Assembly: GCF_006345805.1 (NCBI RefSeq) | Contig: NC_043014.1 | Location: 50,406,001-50,470,000 of the forward strand | Direction of reading: 5' to 3' | Source of the DNA: Octopus sinensis | Taxonomy: Eukaryota | Length of the DNA: 64,000 nt | Part shown: in pieces, positions 55,546 through 64,000 of the stretch | Position numbering within the stretch: the first letter of the stretch is position 1 | Layout: each line of letters begins with the position of its first letter | Made by a program: the position numbers and the translations under genes | The notes under the pieces: generated by a model | What the model was told of the DNA's origin: nothing | The model's input: only the letters and a program-made list of their open reading frames with translations | Databases searched by the model: none

Positions 55546-55962
55546 AATACGTTCTGGCAGATTCCAACGTGAATATGTGATCGCTGTTGTTTTCCATCAT
55601 CGGAGAGCCACTCCATGGATGTAAGGCAAAGATGACCTCGGCAGAATTTGGACTCAGTACGTAAAACTGGACAAAAGCCACGCATATGTAATAATGCTAC
55701 GGTTAATTGTCGATGAACATAATAGTAATATATTAGTACTGCAGAATCATTTTAACCGAGATGCTTCCGGTATACAATACCACCATTACAATATATTGGT
55801 TACAAATGTTGGCACAAAGCCAGCAGTCCTGAGTAAGGGGATGCGTTCTGTCCTTATTTGTCCTCTCTATGTTTAGCCCCTTGTGGGCAGTAACGAATAT
55901 ATTATTATTATATTATTTATTATTATTATTATTATTTATTCTTTATTATTATATTATTATTC

Positions 55963-56645
55963 TATGTTTGACTTTTGCTTTATATTTGTACAAGTTGGCT
56001 CCAGTCTCACCCAGAGACCTCAAGAGGACAACAGGGTTGGAAGTTCGGTTGTTGCTATGCCGTGGTGCCATTATTGGGGGGTGGGGATGTTGTACTAATG
56101 AATGTCTAAAAAAAAAGTTTTTTTTTTTTTTTTTAAACCAAAATTATGGTTGTTTTAAACCTTGATGTTACATAGAGAGTATTTTGCGTAGGATATGAGC
56201 AGTTCCCATGAGCACTATCTTTGAAACCTGCCATTTTGGGTTTCTGGTATCTGAGTTAGGTAGCTATCAGCCCCTTTTGCTATCATTCCCAGGGCACCTA
56301 TGACAACAGTATTTTTAGTCTTCAGCTTCCACATTTTGCTGATTTCTATTTCAAGATCTTTATATTTGCTCATTTTGTGGTAGGTCCGACAGATACGTTT
56401 ATATCGATTGGGAAGTCATATCAATGAGGAGGCATGTTCTTTGTTTGAAGTCTTTCAATATGATGTCTGGCCATTTGCATTATCTTCCTGTCAGTTTGAA
56501 TGGTGAGTTTCAGAGGAGTGAAGATGTGGTCATTTTCAGCACTGGGGGGGTTTGTGTTCCACAGTTTTTTTCATGGGGCAATCCAGGTTTTTACAGATTA
56601 CCCAGTGAATATATTGTGCAGCTCTATCGTGCCCCTGTTGAGAAC
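55963..56645 (-). pseudogene. R4/Dong-like LINE 3' end (RLE domain + 3' UTR), family 3, embedded in (TAA)n
   Basis: HDRAAQYIHWVICKNL...IQTDRK...KYKDLEIEISKMWKLKTK..VVIGALGMIAKG...LMGTAHILRKILSM* read across frameshifts (stop at 56168-56170); TAT repeats on both sides. Confidence 0.85.
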
Positions 56646-56647
56646 TC

Positions 56648-56935
56648 TTATTATTATTATTATTATATTATTATATTAATATTATTATATTATTATTATT
56701 TTATTATTATTATTATATTATTATCATTTATTATCAGTATTATTATTATTATATATTATTATTATTATTAATATTATTTTATTATTATATTATCCTATTA
56801 TGATTATATATTATTATCATCATTATCATCATTATTATCATTATTATTATTATTATTATCATCATCATCATCATTATTATTATTATTACTATTATTATCA
56901 TTATTATTATTATTATTATTATTATCATTATTATA

Positions 56936-56994
<59 letters not shown>

Positions 56995-57015
56995 CATCAT
57001 CATCACTATTATTAT
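56648..57015. repeat. (ATT)/(ATC) array
   Basis: Directly visible. Confidence 0.9.
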
Positions 57016-57606
57016 CTATGCCATATACAATACTACTGTACCATTTACTTCTATCCATATAGACCTGTGAGCTTTATATAAGTTACGAGATATTAATAAT
57101 ATCGCTATAATGGCTGCACATTCCTCGCTATTAATTCTTCCAATTATATCTTCTCTTTTAGGAAAAGCATTCAATTCTGACGCTGGAGGTATTCATAACT
57201 GCTCTTTTATATGTATTAACGTTCGAATCATCTGCTTAAACGCATTAACATATGAAATGAAAATAAAAATTTTAAAAAACGAAAGAAAGTTCATTACCGC
57301 TGGAGATGCAGACAGGCGGATGCTTACATCTTGTGCTAGTATACAATAAACCTTTTCATAAAATGATCTTGTTTAAGTTTAGACCTTCGATAAGATTTTT
57401 TATTTAAGAACTGTTTAGAGTTTTAGGTTCGAATTACTAGCTTTAAGATTAATACGTACATTAAAATGAAAAAAAATAAGTAGAATTTTTTTTAATCTTT
57501 TAAGAATTAAGTTAAAAATATCGACAATATATTCATTAAAAATATGGTAATGAAGGCTTAAGATTATATTTAATGTAAGCAGACACACACGCAGACACCC
57601 ACAAGC

Positions 57607-57658
<52 letters not shown>

Positions 57659-57679
57659 GATGGATAGACAGATAGATAA

Positions 57680-57763
<84 letters not shown>

Positions 57764-57781
57764 GCAGCTAGATGGATAGAC

Positions 57782-57812
<31 letters not shown>

Positions 57813-57833
57813 TAGAGAGAGTTAGATATATAC

Positions 57834-58240
57834 AAAAGTCAGGTAGTTGCACCCAATGGTGCCCTATGGGAGGAAACTCAAATCCTAAGTGGCGTCCTAC
57901 AAGGAACTGTTCTGGGGTCATTTCTGTTCATAATAGCCAACTTAGACATGCCCACGGTGATTCAGAGAGCCGCTACCACTAGCTATGTCGATGCTACAAA
58001 ATTATCACAGACAATAAAAAATCTAGATGGCGTCACAGGCTTACAGCAGGACCTAAATTCGATATACAAGTGGGCCGAAGTAAACAACATGCAGTTTGAA
58101 GCGGTAAAATTTCAAGCACTGCACTATCAGCTCATGAATACACTACAGCCTGCATATACTGGACCCGAAGCTACTGCAATACCAGTGTGACAAGCAGTGA
58201 AAGCTTTGGGGAACCGTATGTGCAATGAAGCAGTAATTAG
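57834..58240 (+). pseudogene. CR1-clade reverse transcriptase fragment
   Basis: SGVLQGTVLGSFLF (cf. SGVPQGTVLGP), SYVDATK (decayed YADDTK), LQQDLNSIYKWAEVNNMQF, VKALG; in-frame stop at 58188-58190. Confidence 0.85.
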
Positions 58241-58540
58241 CAGTAATACTGCAAACATAGTAGTCTCTGGCCTTCGATTAGACCCACAATTGTACTTACG
58301 ATCCAAAAGTAGACCAAGGGAAAACAAAATTCACCTGTTCCCCCGCAAGAACTGGTCTAAGAGAATATTTATTTTTTGGAAATTTTCCGACTATAACGGA
58401 TTCCTCCCTCCGAAGGTGAACAATTACATTGGTCTTCGACTTTAGAGTCTTGCGAGACGTTCACTGGACTAAGCCCGGTGTGGATGCGAAATCACTGGCC
58501 ACTAAATAAACCGACATTGAATTAACTACTTGAGTGTGTG

Positions 58541-58691
58541 TGTGGCTATGTGGTAAGAAGCTTGCTTCCACGTCACATGGTTCCGGGTTCAGTCCCACAG
58601 CATGTCACCTTGGGCAAGTGTCTTGTACTATAGCCTCGGGCCGTCCCAAAGCCTTGTGCATTTGGCAGACGGAAACTGAAAGAAGCCCGTC

Positions 58692-58745
<54 letters not shown>

Positions 58746-58921
58746 TTATGTATGCATCCATGTATTTATCTATTTCTTTGTGTGTTTGCATCCCTGTAAG
58801 TAGGTGGTTCGGCAAAAGCGACCGATACAATAATTACAAGGCTTAGAAAGAATGAGCCCTGGGACCGATTTGATCGGCTAAAGACGGTGCTCCACCATGG
58901 CCGCAGTCAAATAACTGGAAT
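58541..58921 (+). mobile_element. SINE family M, diverged
   Basis: Head, (TA)(TG) core and tail gacggtgctccaccatggccgcagtcaaataactg. Confidence 0.8.
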
Positions 58922-59747
58922 ATTTACGAGAATGAACTAATAAAATAATGTATTTATATAGGTAGTTATGTAGAAATAATAGCGTATAATTTGTAAACGT
59001 AATTTCTACGTGCGATAGTGGGAGCGTCTAGAGGGCGAGTACGTACGAATGTGCTAATGTTCTGCGCCTTTGTATAAGTAAGTACACAGAATGAATATGA
59101 AATAAATAATTAAATTTTATCCGAAACCATTCCATTTAACAGCTCCCATCTAGCAAATAACTTTTCATTTGTTTGAGTATCGTCTTATTATTTGACATCT
59201 CCATCAAAGATGGAAATAGCGATGAAATTAAAATGTCGGTATTATAGAACAAAGATTAATACTTGAGAACGTTCAAAACAAACAAGCGAAATAGAGAAGA
59301 AAGTTCTAATGTACGGAATTGAAAGAAAATGAAGAAAGATTTTTAATGTTTCTTTACGGCTTCGATTTAACTTGTGTATTATTAGAGTATTAAGGCTAAA
59401 TATTTTTGTTTATTAACTGTGATATATGTGTGTGTGTGTGTGTGAGTGTGTGTCTGTGTGGGAGGTGCGTACGTGCGTGTATGTGTTTATATACCTATAT
59501 AAGTAAATACATATATACACAGACACAGACTAATACACACACATACACACACATATATATATATATACATATATATACATATATATATATATATATATTG
59601 ATAGATAGATAAATAGATAGATAGATAGATAGATAGATAGACAGACTGACAAATACATACACATATATACATATATACATGTATGTATACATATATAAAT
59701 ATATATGCGTATATATACAAATACATTTATATATATATATATATGTG

Positions 59748-59790
<43 letters not shown>

Positions 59791-59828
59791 ATATATGTAT
59801 ATATGTAAATATATACATATATATACAT

Positions 59829-59901
<73 letters not shown>

Positions 59902-60644
59902 GCTTGCATGCATATATGTATTGCGTAATTTTTGCTTGATTTTTGTATTTCGAAATGTATACAAATTTAGATGTGTGTACACACGCATACACACTCGCAC
60001 ACTAATATACGAACTCATAAATGCATACATATTGTATGTAGGTGTTGTTTTCTCTAAGTGGTGAATCACTTAAAAATGTAAATATCAAATTGTTATACAA
60101 GTACCATTGAACAACGATAAATACGTATACGTCTTGAAATTTGTTTTTTTGTTTTTTGTTTTGCAACCTTATCAGTATCAATTTATCTCTTTGTAGATGA
60201 TTTTGATTTTCAATAAGTAATTCGAAATAATAGCAAACGCTTTCCTTGAATATTCTGAATCTTGGAATTTAGAATGACGTTCGTGTTTCTAAAAGAAATA
60301 GAACAGTTTTGTAAAAGAGTGTTTGAGGTAATACGCCACCTTGTTTCCCTCCTCCAGTTTAACCACCTACTGACTTTAATGGAGTTCATTCGAGTACAAG
60401 ACTTCGGTTCTTAGTTTCGGTTTCATATCTGCCATCGTTCTTTCAACTAATGTCTGTCTTACAGTAAACGGGTTCTGGGCCATGTTATGTGCATTTCCTT
60501 CTCTGCCAGTCATAAAAATATAGAAGGTTTTTGTTCTCAAATCCGTCCATCCATTTTCCCCCTCTCCACTATTCTTGTTAAGTCGTGGGAGTACAGTTAT
60601 AAGCTACCTCCGAGTGTCAGCAACTGAGATTATGGATATGATCC

Positions 60645-61030
60645 AACAACCTTGTTACTTACTTACTTGTACTCGTACTCGTGGCGACATTCACCCTGGG
60701 AGGGTTGAGTCGGCTTCTTCTACCACCCTCGAGGCATCTAGAACCATGGCAGCCCACGCACGACGGTCCTGCGCCAGTTCACTGGAGATAGCGAGCCAGT
60801 CACGGTTCCATCGGAACCGTGGAACCGTGATGGAACCTTGTTTTTGGAACCCTAGGTCTTCTGCATGTTACGTTTAACTTGAAGAACAATCTTGCGATTC
60901 TTTCCTGCGATATTCTAATCGATTGATTGAAATGCCAGAGCTATGTCATCTGACATCTCAATGCAGAGAAGGAACTGCAAGTCGTGGAGAGGATTGCTGA
61001 TTGTCAATCTATGCACCACATCCAGTAACG
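60645..61030 (-). pseudogene. RTE-like LINE 3' end
   Basis: RWNRDWLAISSELAQDRRAWAAMVLDASRVVEEADSTLPG* (W..LAQDR..W motif typical of RTE C-termini), then a (gtaa)n-type tail. Confidence 0.7.
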
Positions 61031-61352
61031 TCACTCCAGAAATCCTTCGGATGAACACCATTTCCCTTGTGTATATTCGCTATTGTGCTTTCGGACATTA
61101 CATTACAGTCATGAGAATCCAAGAATATAAGGAGAAGAACCGAATTGAAAATAACAAGTTGAGATATTTTGCCAACAATTTTTTGTGTGGGGTTTATGAT
61201 CGAAAGCTGGGGCTAGTATATTACCGCAACTCAAACATTCAATTAAGCTTCACCCTTGAATACACTGAGCGATACTTGCAATTCGTATCATAACCTCGCT
61301 GTTGCTAAACACTGGGTATAATACATATATATATATATATAATTATATATAT

Positions 61353-61403
<51 letters not shown>

Positions 61404-61439
61404 TATAATATATATATTATAATATATATATATAGATAT

Positions 61440-61525
<86 letters not shown>

Positions 61526-61528
61526 TGT

Positions 61529-61832
61529 GTGGAGGCGCAATGGCCAGTGGTAGGGCAGCGGACTCGCGGTCGGAGGATCGCGGTTTCGATTCCCAGACCG
61601 GGCGTTGTGTGTGTTTATTGAGGAAAAACACCTAAAAGCTCCACGAGGCTCCGGCAGGGGGTGGTGATCCCTGCTGTACTCTTTCATCACTCTTTCTCCC
61701 ACTCATTTTTCTGTTTGCCTGCTCGCTTAGCCAACGGGGTGGCGTCGTTCGAAGGCTAAAACAATGCGAACGCATTGTGACCAGCGATGTGTAGCAACAT
61801 CCGATGGTCCGGTCGGTCACGTGATCATGTGA
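61529..61832 (+). mobile_element. tRNA-derived SINE, head A + tail Y
   Basis: Aligns end to end with 27898-28207. Confidence 0.85.
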
Positions 61833-61850
61833 TATATGTGTGTATATAGG

Positions 61851-62164
61851 AACACTCTGTCGGTTACGACGATGAGGGTCCCAGCTGATTGGATCAACGG
61901 AACAGCCTGCTCGTGAAATTAACGTGCAAGTGACTGAGCAATCCACAGACACGTGTACCCCTAACGTAGTTCTCAAGGAGATTCAGCGTGACACAGAGTG
62001 TGACAAGGCTGGCCCTTTGAAGTACAGGTACTACACTTTTTTGCCAGCAGAGTGGACTGGAGCAACGTGAAATAAAGTGTCTTGCCCAAGGAGACAACCC
62101 GTCGCCAGAATCGAACTCATGACCCTACAATCGTGAGCAGGAATGGCCTAACCACTAGGCCACC
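61851..62164 (-). mobile_element. tRNA-derived SINE, head B + tail X
   Basis: Minus strand: tgcctagtggttagg...gagttcgattctgg; head-B body ttgggcaagacactttatttcacgttgctccagtccactc; tail X as in 22760-22930. Confidence 0.85.
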
Positions 62165-62166
62165 AA

Positions 62167-62299
62167 GTTCGGCAAAAGAGACCGATTGTATAAGTACTAG
62201 ACTTACAAAGAATAAATCCTGGGGTCGATTTTCTCGACTAAAGGCGGTGCTCCAGCATGGCCGCGGTCAAATAATTGAAGCAAGTAACAGAGTAAACGA
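62167..62299 (+). mobile_element. SINE M 3' fragment
   Basis: ttcggcaaaagagaccgat...ctggggtcgattttctcgactaaaggcggtgctccagcatggccgc. Confidence 0.8.
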
Positions 62300-62645
62300 G
62301 ATTGTTTCAATAATGAACAAGATTTTGTCACGTATGTTTTGTTGTGATAGTTTTCTCAATGTATTTACATTGTTCCATATTCCTCAGGTCACACCTCAAA
62401 ATATACTGAATTAACGACAAATGTGCCGCGTGGGATGAAGATTCACTGAAAAGGTCTCAGGATGTGTGAGGAGAGATTTCAGACAAAGTAAACTAAATTT
62501 AGAATAACGATAAAGCTGAATTGAACGAGTATAAACTGCGTGGGGTTATTTCGCACAAACAATGGCCATCCGCAAATATAACGATGATGTCAACGATTTA
62601 TCGAACTTGTTTTTGTTGTATGCTTCTATAGTATATAACAATATG

Positions 62646-62699
<54 letters not shown>

Positions 62700-62806
62700 A
62701 CTCACTCACACAAACTCACATATGTGTAAGGTCATTTTATACATACATATATATATATATATGTGTGTGTATGTGTATATATATGTATATATGTATATAT
62801 GTGTAT

Positions 62807-62880
62807 AAACTTAGATAAACTTAGATATGTTTCGACCAAAGATTGGTCCAGGCCATGTCTAACTTAATAGCACCACCTGA
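62807..62880 (-). mobile_element. CR1-like LINE 3' tail, copy 3 (74 bp)
   Basis: aaacttagataaacttagatatgtttcgaccaaagattggtccaggccatgtctaacttaatagcaccacctga matches the 50.8 and 51.2 kb copies. Confidence 0.8.
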
Positions 62881-63020
62881 TGTATATATATATATATAGT
62901 TTCAATGATGTAAATTGGAATATATATTAATCTCTAGGTTATGTATTCCGCAGAGAATAAAAGAATTACTAATATGAAAAGCAAGTATTCGTGTGAACGA
63001 CAACGGAATACAGATAGATA

Positions 63021-63055
<35 letters not shown>

Positions 63056-63581
63056 GGAGAGATAGGCATACAGACAGATAGATACACAGACAGGCAGAAA
63101 GACATATATATATGTATTTATGTGTGCCTGTGTGACCCTCTATATATATATTTACATACTAGTAAATAAATTTGTGTGCACATATGAATATGTATACATA
63201 TATATGTGTGTGTGTGTGTGTATGTATGAGTGTGTGTGTGTGTGTGTGTGAATATATACTTTTACATACAATATACATACATAGCTATATGTATATATGC
63301 ATGCACGTATCTATCAATTTATTCACCTACCTATATTTCACAGCCGATCGAAACAGTGCCTCCTTTAATAACAATTTTACGTGTTACCAAAACCATTTTC
63401 CAATTTACGAGGTTTGAGTCAAGAACGAATTTACACTTTCTGTTTCGACACTTCAATTAAAAGTCAGTGAAAAAGATTAGTGCATCTCTAAAGAGAAATC
63501 ATATATACCGGCGTATATTTGTACAAATATGTGACTATGTATGCATGTATGTATGTATGTATGTATGTATGTATGTACCGT

Positions 63582-63770
63582 TGCAAAGGTACATGAAGCC
63601 CAGTTACAACTACAGCCGGCTATTACCAGTAAAGGATTTAGTTGCCAATTTTGTACAAGACATTATAGATCTTTAGCTGGGCTAAAAAGTCACATTCGAT
63701 CACAGCACCAGTAACAGTTAAGCTTCGTGCAATGGCCATACTCAATAAGGAGGGGGCAGCCATAATAATG
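63582..63770 (+). pseudogene. RTE-like LINE 3' end, copy 1, encoding a terminal C2H2 finger
   Basis: AKVHEAQLQLQPAITSKGFSCQFCTRHYRSLAGLKSHIRSQHQ* (Cys codon 63643, stop 63712-63714), short 3' UTR, then (TG)/(TATG)n. Confidence 0.6.
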
Positions 63771-63790
63771 TGTGTGTGAATGTATATATG

Positions 63791-63824
<34 letters not shown>

Positions 63825-63861
63825 TGTATGTATGTATGTATGTATGTATGTATGTATGTAT

Positions 63862-64000
63862 AACACACCATACTAATCATATCTGTCGGGCATGTGGAAG
63901 AGAGTGTAATTCGGCAGGAGGACTTAAACGACATGCAAAGGTACATGAAGCCAGTTACAACTACAGCCGGCTATTACCAGTAAAGGTTTTAGTTGCCAAT
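63862..64000 (+). pseudogene. RTE-like LINE 3' end, copy 2 (runs off the window), with the upstream C2H2 finger
   Basis: HICRACGRECNSAGGLKRHAKVH (63878-63946). 63934-64000 duplicates 63582-63649 with a 1-bp deletion. Confidence 0.6.

Noticed and set aside
62834-62860. Hammerhead in the CR1-like tail (hairpin followed by GAAAC on the minus strand)
   Set aside because: No CUGANGA strand precedes the stem; more simply read as a LINE 3' stem-loop.
63643-63946. Member of the cephalopod C2H2 zinc-finger gene expansion
   Set aside because: No TGEKP-type linkers, 5'-truncated duplicated copies, a frameshift in copy 2, microsatellite flanks, and a tail shared with another repeat; a retroelement origin fits better.

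Overview
AT-rich, microsatellite-saturated eukaryotic DNA with no recognisable intact protein-coding gene, rRNA, true tRNA or CRISPR array. The repeat style suggests an octopus/cephalopod intron or intergenic region (inference from pattern recognition, not a database hit). Almost all long ORFs in the track are translations of simple repeats. What the window does contain: (i) about 30 copies or fragments of tRNA-headed SINEs from several families (my local names: M; C; heads A and B with tails W/X/Y/Z) that visibly swap modules; (ii) decayed Tc1/mariner transposase relics, one carrying two SINE insertions; (iii) truncated LINE pieces from three clades (three R4/Dong-like RLE ends, CR1-like tails plus one CR1-like RT fragment, RTE-like ends including one with two C2H2 fingers); (iv) Penelope-like remnants, one folding into a near-complete type I hammerhead ribozyme; (v) a Helitron-like short element; (vi) very long (ATC)n and (ATAC)n arrays. 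I cannot support a wholly new biological system here. The best leads are the hammerhead-like fold at 43.2 kb, the combinatorial SINE head/tail exchange, fold-back template-switch palindromes, and an RTE-like tail shared between a zinc-finger LINE end and a short non-coding element. Coordinates were read by hand, and element edges may be off by several bases.
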